A program made the position numbers and the translations under genes. From NCBI RefSeq assembly GCF_001458695.1, contig NZ_LN885086.1:1530001-1562000 (forward strand): DNA of 32,000 bases, in the 5' to 3' direction. This DNA is from Candidatus Nitrospira inopinata (lineage in GTDB: Bacteria > Nitrospirota > Nitrospiria > Nitrospirales > Nitrospiraceae). A model generated the notes under the pieces. It had not been told where the DNA came from, searched no databases, and was given only the letters and a program-made list of their open reading frames with translations. Shown piece by piece: positions 22,599-31,689 of this stretch (position 1 is the first letter of the stretch; every line of letters begins with the position of its first letter).

Positions 22599-25364
22599 AT
22601 GACCCTGACTTGGCTCAAAGAGTTGTTCGCGGCGTTTCTCCGCACCCGCCGGATCGCCAGACACTTCCGCCGTCTGGCGTGGATCGACACGCTTACGCAG
22701 GTCACCGTAAGCCGAGCGGTGCCGCCGAGCCTGGCTCAAACTCTCGTCAAGGCGGCCACGGCCGACCCCGATGTCCTGTTGGCTGAGTTGAACAGTCATG
22801 CGGACGGATTGTCCGAGGCCCAGGCCGAGGTCGTTCGGGATCGGGTCGGCTTCAATGAGGTCGATCACGAGAAGCCCCTCTCCTGGTGGCAACGGCTGTG
22901 GCTCTCCTACCGGAACCCCTTCAACCTGCTCCTGACGCTGCTGGCGGTGATTTCATGGCTGACCGAAGACGTGGAGGCTACTGTCGTCATCGGCGCGATG
23001 GTGGCGCTCTCCACGTTGCTCCGTTTTTGGCAAGAAGCCAAGGCCAACAAGGCGGCTGATGCGCTCAAGGCCATGGTCACCACCACCGCGACGGTCGTCC
23101 GCCGAGACGTTTCGGAGGACGCCGCGCCGATCTTTGAAAAGTTTTACGGCGTCCAGCTCCACGTGAAGCTGGCTCGACGGGTGGAGGTCCCCATTCGGCT
23201 GTTGGTGCCCGGCGACGTCATCGCGCTCTCGGCGGGCGACATGATTCCGGCAGATTGCCGCGTCCTTACGGCCAAAGATCTGTTTGTGTCGCAGGCGGCC
23301 ATGACGGGCGAGTCGATGCCGGTGGAGAAGTTCGCAGTCCAGCGAGACGCCAAGACGGTCGGCCCGCTCGAATTGGACAATATCCTGTTCATGGGGACCA
23401 CCGTCGTGTCCGGTTCGGCCACGGCCGTCGTGATCGCCACCGGCAACAGGACGTACTTCGGCGCGCTCGCAAGCCGCGTCACCGCCGCCGACCGGGCGCC
23501 GACCTCGTTTCAAGCCGGGGTCAACCAGGTGAGCTGGCTCCTGATCCGTTTCATGCTCGTGATGGCGCCGTTGGTCCTCGTCATCAACGGCTTCACCAAG
23601 AACGATTGGACGGAGGCGCTCTTATTCGCGTTGTCCATCGCCGTGGGGCTCACGCCGGAGATGCTGCCGCTCATCGTGACCTCGACGTTGGCCAAAGGCG
23701 CGGTGTTTCTGTCCCGCAAAAAGGTGATCGTGAAGCGGCTGGAGTCGATCCAGAATTTCGGCGCGATGGACGTGCTCTGCACCGACAAGACCGGCACGCT
23801 GACCCAAGACAAGATCTTTCTGGAGCGGCACGTCGACGTCTGGGGTGAAGACTCGGACGAAGTGCTCCACATGGCGTACCTCAACAGCTATTACCAGACC
23901 GGCTTGAAAAACCTGTTGGACATCGCCGTGCTGGAGCACGCCGAGGTGCGTCGCAAGCTGGATCCGGCCAAAAACTACCGCAAGGTCGATGAGATTCCGT
24001 TCGATTTTACCCGCCGCCGCATGTCGGTGGTGGTCAGTGAGCGCGAGGATCATCATGAGCTGATCTGCAAGGGAGCCGTGGAGGAAATTCTGAACGTCTG
24101 TACGCACGTGCGGCGCGGAGAACGCGTCGAGCCGTTGACGACCGATCTGTTGGCCGGCGTGCGAGAAGTCACCGCCGAATTGAACAAAGAAGGCTTGCGA
24201 GTCGTGGCCGTCGCCGCCAAGGAGGTCCCGCCGAGCAAAGAGACCTACGGCGTGGCCGACGAGTCGGAGCTGACCCTGATCGGCTACGTGGCCTTCCTCG
24301 ATCCGCCGAAGGAGTCCGCTGAGCCGGCGCTTAAGGCTCTGGCCGCACATGGTGTGTCGGTCAAGGTGCTGACCGGGGATAACGAACTGGTCACCGCCAA
24401 GATTTGCCGCGAGGTCGGGCTGGAGCAATGGGGGGTCCTGTTGGGCGGTGACATCGAGACCATGAGCGACGAGGAACTCGCCAAGGCCGTCGAGTCGCAC
24501 ACGGTGTTCGCCAAGCTGACTCCGGCGCACAAGGAGCGGATCGTGCGCCTCCTCAAGTCCAACGGCCACGTGGTGGGTTTCATGGGCGACGGCATCAACG
24601 ACGCCCCGGCCCTACGGACCGCCGACATCGGGATCTCGGTCGATACGGCGGTGGATATCGCCAAGGAGGCGGCGGACATCATCCTGTTGGAAAAGAGCCT
24701 GATGGTGTTGGAGGAGGGAATCGTGGAAGGTCGCAAGACCTTTTGCAACATGCTCAAGTACATCAAGATGACGGCCAGCTCCAACTTCGGCAACGTCTTC
24801 TCGGTGCTGGTGGCGTCGGCTTTCCTGCCGTTTCTGCCGATGTTGCCGATGCAACTGCTTGTCCAGAACCTGCTTTACGATGTCTCCCAGATTGCCATCC
24901 CCTTCGACAATGTCGATGACGAGCTGCTCAAGAAGCCTCAACGGTGGCAGCCGGCCGATATCGGGCGCTTCATGGTGTTTTTCGGGCCGATCAGCTCGCT
25001 GTTTGACATCCTCACCTATGCCATGCTGTGGTTCGTGTTCAGCGCCGACACACCGGAGGAGCAGACTCTCTTTCATTCCGGGTGGTTCATCGTCGGCCTC
25101 TTGACGCAAACGCTGATCGTGCACTTGATCCGCACACCCAAGGTTCCATTTATCCAGAGCCGGGCGTCGATGCCGTTGCTGGCGATGACGGGGGCGATCA
25201 TGGCCATCGGCGTCTTCATTCCGATGGGGCCGCTGGCCGACTACTTCAAACTGCAAGCGTTGCCGCCGTTGTACTTCGTGCTGCTCCCGATGATTCTCCT
25301 GGGGTATATGGCGCTGACCCAAGCGATGAAGGGGGTCTATGTTCGCCGTTATGGCTGGCAGTAG
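22599..25364 (+). CDS. mgtA: magnesium-translocating P-type ATPase
   Basis: A 921-aa protein with TGES (AAMTGESMP), the phosphorylation site DKTGTLT, TGDN, MGDGINDAPAL, and an MgtA-type N-terminus (GLSEAQAEVVRDRVGFNEV). Confidence 0.95.
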   Translation: MTLTWLKELFAAFLRTRRIARHFRRLAWIDTLTQVTVSRAVPPSLAQTLVKAATADPDVLLAELNSHADGLSEAQAEVVRDRVGFNEVDHEKPLSWWQRLWLSYRNPFNLLLTLLAVISWLTEDVEATVVIGAMVALSTLLRFWQEAKANKAADALKAMVTTTATVVRRDVSEDAAPIFEKFYGVQLHVKLARRVEVPIRLLVPGDVIALSAGDMIPADCRVLTAKDLFVSQAAMTGESMPVEKFAVQRDAKTVGPLELDNILFMGTTVVSGSATAVVIATGNRTYFGALASRVTAADRAPTSFQAGVNQVSWLLIRFMLVMAPLVLVINGFTKNDWTEALLFALSIAVGLTPEMLPLIVTSTLAKGAVFLSRKKVIVKRLESIQNFGAMDVLCTDKTGTLTQDKIFLERHVDVWGEDSDEVLHMAYLNSYYQTGLKNLLDIAVLEHAEVRRKLDPAKNYRKVDEIPFDFTRRRMSVVVSEREDHHELICKGAVEEILNVCTHVRRGERVEPLTTDLLAGVREVTAELNKEGLRVVAVAAKEVPPSKETYGVADESELTLIGYVAFLDPPKESAEPALKALAAHGVSVKVLTGDNELVTAKICREVGLEQWGVLLGGDIETMSDEELAKAVESHTVFAKLTPAHKERIVRLLKSNGHVVGFMGDGINDAPALRTADIGISVDTAVDIAKEAADIILLEKSLMVLEEGIVEGRKTFCNMLKYIKMTASSNFGNVFSVLVASAFLPFLPMLPMQLLVQNLLYDVSQIAIPFDNVDDELLKKPQRWQPADIGRFMVFFGPISSLFDILTYAMLWFVFSADTPEEQTLFHSGWFIVGLLTQTLIVHLIRTPKVPFIQSRASMPLLAMTGAIMAIGVFIPMGPLADYFKLQALPPLYFVLLPMILLGYMALTQAMKGVYVRRYGWQ

Positions 25365-25405
25365 CGCGGGCAGAAGATTGGCCTCTCACGGATAGGCGGC
25401 GCTCC

Positions 25406-25435
25406 TTGACACCCTGTTTGGGGCAACGATATTCT
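25406..25435 (+). promoter_or_regulatory. candidate sigma70 promoter for the HD-YjbQ-HtrA unit
   Basis: -35 TTGACA (25406-25411). The -10 is either GATATT (16-nt spacer) or TATTCT (18-nt spacer). Confidence 0.35.
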
Positions 25436-25491
25436 GCCGCGTGTCCGCCTTTCGTCAACAGGAGAACCCAGAACGGCGCTCCGAGTGATTT

Positions 25492-26427
25492 GTGAACGGC
25501 CTCAACCGAGATGGAGAATCCGTTAATACCGCGGCGAGAAAAAAGGCCGCGCAGCCCGCTAGTGCGAGGCCTTCGTTGCTGGTGGTTCCCCGTCCCCTCA
25601 TCAGAGAATTGATGCGCCTCTATGAGTATCCTCATCCGTCCAAGCCGGGCGCCGTCATTCGAGGATACGACCGGGCCCACGCGATTCGCACGGCGATGAT
25701 GTGCGCGGTGGTGGCCGAACGGCTGGGTCATCCGGCGGATCGGCTCGTTGATTATCAAGTCGCCTGTCTGTTGCACGACGTGAGCCGAGCCGGACTCGAC
25801 CGACGGCTTTTCGGCAAGATCTGGTCATGGGCCAAGGCCCATGGCATTCCCACGAGACCTCGTGAGTGGCGCGCGAAGTATCCCGCCACTCCCTATGGGC
25901 GAGAAACGGAAGCCTTTGTCGCTCGTTATGGAAAGGAGTTAGAGGCGGCCGGCGTCCCCCTGACTGCCTGGGCCAAGGAGCAAATCGAGATTCGGCTGGG
26001 GCACGCTCGCCGTCTCCGGAGACGCCTGGCGGTCGTCAAACCGGCCCTGCGTCACTTGGGAATCAGGTGGGTGCCGTGGATGCAGGAGGTGATGCTCTAC
26101 TACTACTATCCAGAGAAGTTGTCGTGTGCGAAACCCTGGGTCAAACAATTGGCGGAGATTTTGGTGGCCTGCGAACAACTCGAAGCCTACAGCAACCGAC
26201 AGCGCGGCCGGGATTATTACGCGCGGAAGCAGGAGTCGTTTCCCGAGGCCTTTGCCTACCTGAATCGGCTTCAAACGGAGGGGCTAATCAGCCGACCGGT
26301 CATGGCGGCCCTGCGTGAGCTCGTCGCGGAGGGCAAGTTTGACAGGATTTTGGAACAGGCGCGAGGAAGCTCGCTCACTGAGCAGGAGCGGCGATACCTT
26401 CGCGGGCTGGCGCAGGAGAGACGGTGA
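25492..26427 (+). CDS. HD-domain protein (metal-dependent phosphohydrolase superfamily), function unknown
   Basis: H...HD pattern: RAHAIRTAMMCAVVAERLG ... VACLLHDVSRAG. The start is uncertain: GTG 25492 has no clear SD, and an internal Met lies at ELMRLYEY. Confidence 0.55.
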   Translation: MNGLNRDGESVNTAARKKAAQPASARPSLLVVPRPLIRELMRLYEYPHPSKPGAVIRGYDRAHAIRTAMMCAVVAERLGHPADRLVDYQVACLLHDVSRAGLDRRLFGKIWSWAKAHGIPTRPREWRAKYPATPYGRETEAFVARYGKELEAAGVPLTAWAKEQIEIRLGHARRLRRRLAVVKPALRHLGIRWVPWMQEVMLYYYYPEKLSCAKPWVKQLAEILVACEQLEAYSNRQRGRDYYARKQESFPEAFAYLNRLQTEGLISRPVMAALRELVAEGKFDRILEQARGSSLTEQERRYLRGLAQERR

Positions 26428-26849
26428 TGAGGGTAAAGACCGTTCCACTCCGCCTTGAGATGGCCGGTGAGACGCACATCGAAAATATCACGAAACGGGT
26501 ATCGTCCGCCGTGGAAGAGTCCGGCATGTCCGCCGGCATCGTGACCGTGTTCGTCAAACACACGACCGCCTCGGTCATGATCATCGAGGATGAGCCGGGC
26601 ATTCGCGCCGACACGAAAGCTTTCTGGGATCGGGTCGTGCCTTCCGATCCAGCGTGGCAACATAATCGCAGAAACCCTGGAGAAGACAATGCCCACAGTC
26701 ATCTGCGGGGGCAATTGCAGGGACCGTCGGTGACGATTCCCTTTGCCGACGGCGTTCTCCTCTTGGGGACATGGCAACAGATCGTCGTGGTGGATTTTGA
26801 CACGAGGCCTCGGCGTCGCGAATTGGTTCTGCAACTCATGGGTGAATGA
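26427..26849 (+). CDS. YjbQ/UPF0047 family protein (secondary thiamine-phosphate synthase-like)
   Basis: ATG 26427 overlaps the upstream stop (TGATG); the track ORF starts at GTG 26424. KHTTASVMIIEDEPG, NAHSHLRGQL and LLLGTWQQIVVVDFDTRPRRR are collinear with E. coli YjbQ as I remember it. Confidence 0.85.
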   Translation: MRVKTVPLRLEMAGETHIENITKRVSSAVEESGMSAGIVTVFVKHTTASVMIIEDEPGIRADTKAFWDRVVPSDPAWQHNRRNPGEDNAHSHLRGQLQGPSVTIPFADGVLLLGTWQQIVVVDFDTRPRRRELVLQLMGE

Positions 26850-27979
26850 CGATGAAACAACTCGTGGCGGTCTTGGTTGGTCTGGGGATTGTGGGCGGTC
26901 TTGTGTTGATGGTTTCAATGAACGGGGTGGCGGAGTGGGGCAAACCGATGGGCGCCACCTATGATGGACCGGAAGGGAAGCCTCGTCCCATTACTCCACC
27001 CCCTGCTGAACTGAGCCCGGATGAGCGGGCGACGATCGCCGTCTTCGAACGGGCGTCAAAGTCGGTCGTGTTCATCGCCAATACGGCGATCCAGCGGGAC
27101 TTCTGGTCGCTCGATACCTTCGAAGTGCCGCAGGGGGCTGGATCGGGATTCATTTGGAACAAACAGGGCCACATCGTCACCAATTTTCACGTCATCTATG
27201 GCGCCAACGCTATCAAGGTCACCTTAGCCGATCGCAACGAATATCAGGCCAGGGTGGTCGGCGTGGATCCGGATCATGACCTGGCGGTGTTGCAGATTCA
27301 GGCGCCGGACGGTTCATTGGAGCCGCTGGCGATCGGAACGTCGAATGACCTGCGGGTCGGACAAAAAGTCCTGGCCATCGGCAATCCTTTCGGGCTCGAC
27401 CACACCTTGACGACCGGGGTGGTGAGCGCCTTGGGGCGAACGATCAAGTCGATGACGAATCGGACCATCGAGGGAGTCATTCAGACCGACGCGGCGATCA
27501 ATCCGGGCAATTCCGGCGGGCCACTGCTCGACAGTGCTGGCAGGCTGATTGGCGTGAACACGCAAATCATCAGCCCCAGCGGCGCCTATGCGGGTATCGG
27601 CTTTGCCGTGCCGGTCGATACGGTCAATCGCATCGTGCCTGAGCTCATCAAACACGGCAAGCGGATCAGGCCGGGATTGGGCGTCTCGCTCGTGCCGGAC
27701 TCCATGGCGAGGCGGTGGGGGATCAAGGGGCTGATCATCGGCAAGGTGGCGCGAGGCGGAAGCGCCGATCGAGCCGGCTTGCGCGGGGTGCGTGAAGCGG
27801 CCGGTGGGCGGATCGAACTGGGAGATATCCTCGTCGCGGTCGAAGGAACGCCGGTTGAGACCGTCGATGATTTGCTGGACGTCTTGGAAAAGTTTAAGGT
27901 CGGCGATCGGATCAAGGTTGACGTGATTCGAAACAATAAACGAACGTCCGTGGACGTGACGCTGCAAGCGGTCAATTAG
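26846..27979 (+). CDS. htrA: HtrA/DegP-family serine protease (trypsin-like domain + PDZ)
   Basis: An ATGA overlap joins it to yjbQ-like. N-terminal TM anchor, catalytic triad contexts HIVTNFHVI, DLAVLQI and GNSGGPLLD, then a C-terminal PDZ (GLIIGKVARGGSADRAGLR..GDILVAVEG). Confidence 0.95.
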   Translation: MTMKQLVAVLVGLGIVGGLVLMVSMNGVAEWGKPMGATYDGPEGKPRPITPPPAELSPDERATIAVFERASKSVVFIANTAIQRDFWSLDTFEVPQGAGSGFIWNKQGHIVTNFHVIYGANAIKVTLADRNEYQARVVGVDPDHDLAVLQIQAPDGSLEPLAIGTSNDLRVGQKVLAIGNPFGLDHTLTTGVVSALGRTIKSMTNRTIEGVIQTDAAINPGNSGGPLLDSAGRLIGVNTQIISPSGAYAGIGFAVPVDTVNRIVPELIKHGKRIRPGLGVSLVPDSMARRWGIKGLIIGKVARGGSADRAGLRGVREAAGGRIELGDILVAVEGTPVETVDDLLDVLEKFKVGDRIKVDVIRNNKRTSVDVTLQAVN

Positions 27980-28067
27980 AGAGAAGAACGATTCCGTCGA
28001 GCGGCGACCGTCCGGCGGAGAGGCCGACGGCGATGCGCGTGGGCGTTCCACCGCGAGAGGCAAAGGG

Positions 28068-29831
28068 GTGCTGTCCATGAGTGATCATCGACCAGTTGAA
28101 ACCGGAGGCGGAAAGTCCGGCGAAGAATCGGATCGCGAACAGGCCAAACGGACCGCTCAGACCGGCATCGATCCGTTGGAATTGATCGAGCAATGTCTGG
28201 CCTCCTTCGCGGAGGACGATCCCCGGCAGAAGCTCCTCTATAAGCTGCGTCACGCGGTCATGCTGACGATCGCTTCCAATCAGCAGCGAGACGTAGAATT
28301 GAAAAAAACCAACGAAGCGGTCGCCAAACTGACCGCTCCGGCGAATCGCGTCGGTCTGTTGCTGGACGTGCCGGAGCAAGGGCTCGCGCGCATCCTGGTC
28401 GGCGGCGCCGAATACTATGCGAACGTCGATCCCCGCGTGCCGACCGACGACCTGAGGGTCGGCGCGCAGATCCTTGTCAATGAGGCGTACGCGGTCATCA
28501 AGACGCTGGGTTACGACCGGAGCGGACCCGTGCTCAAACTGGCGGAGGCGATGGCCGACGGCCGCCTTCGGTTCGAGCAGGAACCGGGGCGGCAGCCGAT
28601 CATCGTTCAACGGTCCGCAGACTTGGCCGGAGCGTCGTTCCAGGCCGGCGACGAGATTCGGCTCGATCCGTCGTATCGCGTCGCCATTGAGAAACTCTCT
28701 GACCGGAAGACCGGCGCCCATGTTCTACGCGAACTGCCGACGGTGACGTGGGACCAGATCGGCGGACAACGGGAGGCCATCGGCGCCATCAGAAAAGCGA
28801 TCGAGTATCCGCTCCTGCACGGCGACCTGTATCGGCAATTCCGATTCGCCCGGCCCAAGGGGTTTCTTCTCTACGGCCCTCCCGGCTGCGGCAAAACGCT
28901 GATCGGACAGGCGACGGCCGGCAGCCTCTCCAAGTTGGCAAGCCGGCCTTTTGGAGACCGGTCGGCCGACGGGAGCGGGCGCCCTCCGATCACGGGAGGA
29001 GTCTTTCTCCACGTGAAGGGACCGGAGATCCTGAACATGTGGTTGGGCGAATCGGAACGGATGGTCCGCGATTTGTTCGCGCAGGCGCGGACAAGAAGGA
29101 AGGAAGGGTCGTTGCCGTTCATTTTTATAGACGAGGCCGAGTCCGTTTTGGGAACGAGGCGGGCGAGCAGATCGTTCAATATTTCAAGCACCCTCGTGCC
29201 GATGTTTTGCAGCGAGATGGACGGGATTGAGCCGCTGGAAGACGTCGTCCTGATCCTGGCGTCCAACCGGCCTGACCTTATCGATCCCGCCATCTTGCGT
29301 CCAGGTCGCATCGATCGGAAGATCAAGGTCGGCCGTCCGGACCGGGATGCCGCGGCCGAGATCCTCGGGATTTATCTGGCGGAGGACCTTCCTCTTGATC
29401 CGAACGTTGTTGCCACCTATGGCGGCGAGAAAGCCAACGCTCGGATCTCGATGATTGAACGGGTCCTTGACGCGATGTTCCGGAAGACGGCCGAGAACCG
29501 GCTCCTGTCCGTTCGGTTACGCAACGGCCGACAAACCGTACTGTATCGCGGCGATCTCGTCAGCGGCGCCATCCTTGCGTCGATCGTCCAGCGAGCGAAG
29601 GAACGGGCGATTGATCGGGCCGTCGAGTCTGGAGCGCCGCCCGGCTTGTTGATGGAAGACTTGCTTGAATCGGTCGAGGAAGAGTTTCGAACCGGAGAAG
29701 TCCTGCCACCTGACGATGCGGCGGAGGAGTGGCTTAAACTGTTGGACCACGATCCGGATCAGGTCGTCGGGATTTCATCGTTTCGTCGGGGCCGACAGTC
29801 CGAGGAGCAGATCGTTCCCCAGATCATCTAG
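28068..29831 (+). CDS. arc: proteasome-associated AAA ATPase (ARC/Mpa homologue)
   Basis: It is collinear with Mtb Mpa from memory: Walker A GPPGCGKTLIG, KGPEILN, Walker B FIFIDEAES, SNRPDLIDPAILRPGRIDRKIKVGRPD. An N-terminal coiled coil and an OB-like region precede these. An alternative start is ATG 28077. Confidence 0.9.
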   Translation: MLSMSDHRPVETGGGKSGEESDREQAKRTAQTGIDPLELIEQCLASFAEDDPRQKLLYKLRHAVMLTIASNQQRDVELKKTNEAVAKLTAPANRVGLLLDVPEQGLARILVGGAEYYANVDPRVPTDDLRVGAQILVNEAYAVIKTLGYDRSGPVLKLAEAMADGRLRFEQEPGRQPIIVQRSADLAGASFQAGDEIRLDPSYRVAIEKLSDRKTGAHVLRELPTVTWDQIGGQREAIGAIRKAIEYPLLHGDLYRQFRFARPKGFLLYGPPGCGKTLIGQATAGSLSKLASRPFGDRSADGSGRPPITGGVFLHVKGPEILNMWLGESERMVRDLFAQARTRRKEGSLPFIFIDEAESVLGTRRASRSFNISSTLVPMFCSEMDGIEPLEDVVLILASNRPDLIDPAILRPGRIDRKIKVGRPDRDAAAEILGIYLAEDLPLDPNVVATYGGEKANARISMIERVLDAMFRKTAENRLLSVRLRNGRQTVLYRGDLVSGAILASIVQRAKERAIDRAVESGAPPGLLMEDLLESVEEEFRTGEVLPPDDAAEEWLKLLDHDPDQVVGISSFRRGRQSEEQIVPQII

Positions 29832-29860
29832 AGCGAGCGGGAGCCACGGACCGGAGCATC

Positions 29861-29880
29861 ATGGTGACGGATGGTGACGG
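29861..29880. repeat. perfect tandem duplication atggtgacgg x2 in the ARC-Dop spacer
   Basis: Copies lie at 29861-29870 and 29871-29880. Confidence 0.9.
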
Positions 29881-29924
29881 GGTAATGGAAAGGCGCAGCG
29901 TCGGAGAAAATCGTCGGTGAGCGG

Positions 29925-31451
29925 ATGAGGCTGTTCGGCGTCGAAACGGAATACGGCATCACGAGGGACGACGTTTCCGAAGTCGATCCGGTCGTGGAAT
30001 CGATGGAGCTGGTCCGCGCTCACCTCACGGCCTCCTTCGAGCGGCGATGGGATTACGCCGGTGAAGATCCCCACGAAGACGCGCGGGGCTTTCGCGTGCG
30101 GGAGTTGGCGCAAGATAGGGAAGAGGACGAGTTTTCACGGCGCGACGCCCGGCGGCCGTTCTCGTTTCACGAGATGAAAAGCGATCTGGTCTTGCCGAAC
30201 GGCGCGCGGTTCTACAACGACCATACCCATCCGGAATATTCGACGCCTGAGTGCCGCACGCTCAAAGATCTGCTGGCCCATGACCGGGCCGGCGAACTGA
30301 TCGCGCAGCGGGCGGCGGATCGCCGCAACCGGACGTTGGGCGGAAGCCACGTGCAGTTGTACAAAAACAACACGGACTTTCACGGACACAGTTACGGTTG
30401 CCATGACAACTATCTCGTACCCCGATCCATTCCCTTCGCCGGATTGGCGTCCGGGCTGCTTCCGTTTCTGGTGAGCCGTCAAGTGATCGCCGGCGCGGGA
30501 AAAGTCGGCGTCGAATCGCAGGAGGAAGGATGGGCGCCGGGGCCCTACCAGCTTTCTCAACGGGCGGACTTCATGGAAACGGAGTTGAGCGTCGATACCA
30601 TGCACAACCGACCGATTCTAAACACGCGCGATGAGCCGCACGCCGATCCGAGCAAATATCGCCGCCTGCATCTCATCATCGGCGACGCCAATCTGTGCGA
30701 ATACGCAACGGCGCTGAAGGTCGGCACCACCGCGCTCGTTCTGGAATTGATCGAGCGGGAGGGAGCGCCTTCTCTTGAGTTGGATCATCCGGTGGAGGCC
30801 GTCAAACGCCTGTCGCGCGACAGCGAGCTCAAGGCGACAGTTCGGCTGCGAAACGGCAAGGCCGTGACCGCCCTGGAGATTCAAGAGCAGTACCGGCGCG
30901 CCGCCGAGCGAACGTTGGGCGGCCGCGACGCCGAGACGGACTGGATCCTCAAGGAATGGGGTGAGACGCTCCGGTGGCTGGCCGAAGATCGCCGCCGCCT
31001 CGTCGGGAAATTGGACTGGGTCACGAAACTCTGGTTGCTGGAGACCTTCATGGAGGAAGAACGAATCGAGTGGAATGATCCTTGGCTCGCGAGCTTGGAC
31101 CTGGAATATCACAATATCAATCCCGAGCGCGGCCTCTATCTGGGATTGGAAGCGGAGGGCAGAGTCTGGAGAATGACGACCGACGCCGATGTCGAACGGG
31201 CTTTGTCGGCCGGTCCTCCCGACACCCGAGGAGGAGTGAGGGGGCTGTGCGTCAAACGGTTTGCTTCGTCGATCAAGGCCGTGCAGTGGGAGAGGATTCG
31301 ATTTGCCGAGGGAGCGGACCCCGGCGTGTTGGAAATGGGCGATCTTTTCGAGCCATCCGCCGTGGCGCGTTGCATGGCCCTGTTTCAAGCGGCGACGTCT
31401 CCTCTCGACGCGCTGAAGGAGTGGAATGGCGGGCAGGAGGGACGATCATGA
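29925..31451 (+). CDS. dop: Pup deamidase/depupylase (Dop-type member of the PafA/Dop family)
   Basis: It has MRLFGVETEYG and a long Dop-type insert containing RRWDYAGEDPHEDARGFRV (compare Mtb Dop RWDYE..SPLRDARGFDL). NGARFYNDHTHPEYSTPE is Dop-like (DHAHPEYS), not PafA-like (DVGSHPEYAT). Confidence 0.9.
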   Translation: MRLFGVETEYGITRDDVSEVDPVVESMELVRAHLTASFERRWDYAGEDPHEDARGFRVRELAQDREEDEFSRRDARRPFSFHEMKSDLVLPNGARFYNDHTHPEYSTPECRTLKDLLAHDRAGELIAQRAADRRNRTLGGSHVQLYKNNTDFHGHSYGCHDNYLVPRSIPFAGLASGLLPFLVSRQVIAGAGKVGVESQEEGWAPGPYQLSQRADFMETELSVDTMHNRPILNTRDEPHADPSKYRRLHLIIGDANLCEYATALKVGTTALVLELIEREGAPSLELDHPVEAVKRLSRDSELKATVRLRNGKAVTALEIQEQYRRAAERTLGGRDAETDWILKEWGETLRWLAEDRRRLVGKLDWVTKLWLLETFMEEERIEWNDPWLASLDLEYHNINPERGLYLGLEAEGRVWRMTTDADVERALSAGPPDTRGGVRGLCVKRFASSIKAVQWERIRFAEGADPGVLEMGDLFEPSAVARCMALFQAATSPLDALKEWNGGQEGRS

Positions 31452-31639
31452 GAGTCACGATGGCGCCGGAGCGGCGAGAAGGGCCGGTCGATCCGTTTCC
31501 GAAACCGCCGTCTCCTTCTCCGGAACAGGGACCAAGAAGGCCGGACGTTGGGTCGCCGGACAAGGACAATCTGCTGAAGCGGATGAGAAAAGTCGATCCG
31601 AAACAGGCCGAACGGTATCGCCAACGAACGGGGGAGTAG
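31448..31639 (+). CDS. pup: prokaryotic ubiquitin-like tag (Pup family, 'UBact'-like), C-terminal ...RYRQRTGE
   Basis: An ATGA overlap joins it to the dop stop; an alternative start is ATG 31460. The 60-64-aa Pro-rich basic peptide ends in Gly-Glu and sits between dop and prcB, as pup does in actinobacteria. In the track it is buried in the 3' end of ORF 31082-31639. Confidence 0.8.
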   Translation: MRVTMAPERREGPVDPFPKPPSPSPEQGPRRPDVGSPDKDNLLKRMRKVDPKQAERYRQRTGE

Positions 31640-31689
31640 GTCTCATTCGTCGCCTGCCGGTCGAAAAAGGAGCCTTCTCCTCCGGCGGG

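Noticed and set aside
23622-24569. 315-aa minus-strand ORF (and several others) inside mgtA
   Set aside because: mgtA has unambiguous P-type ATPase motifs in the sense frame. The antisense frames are low-complexity.
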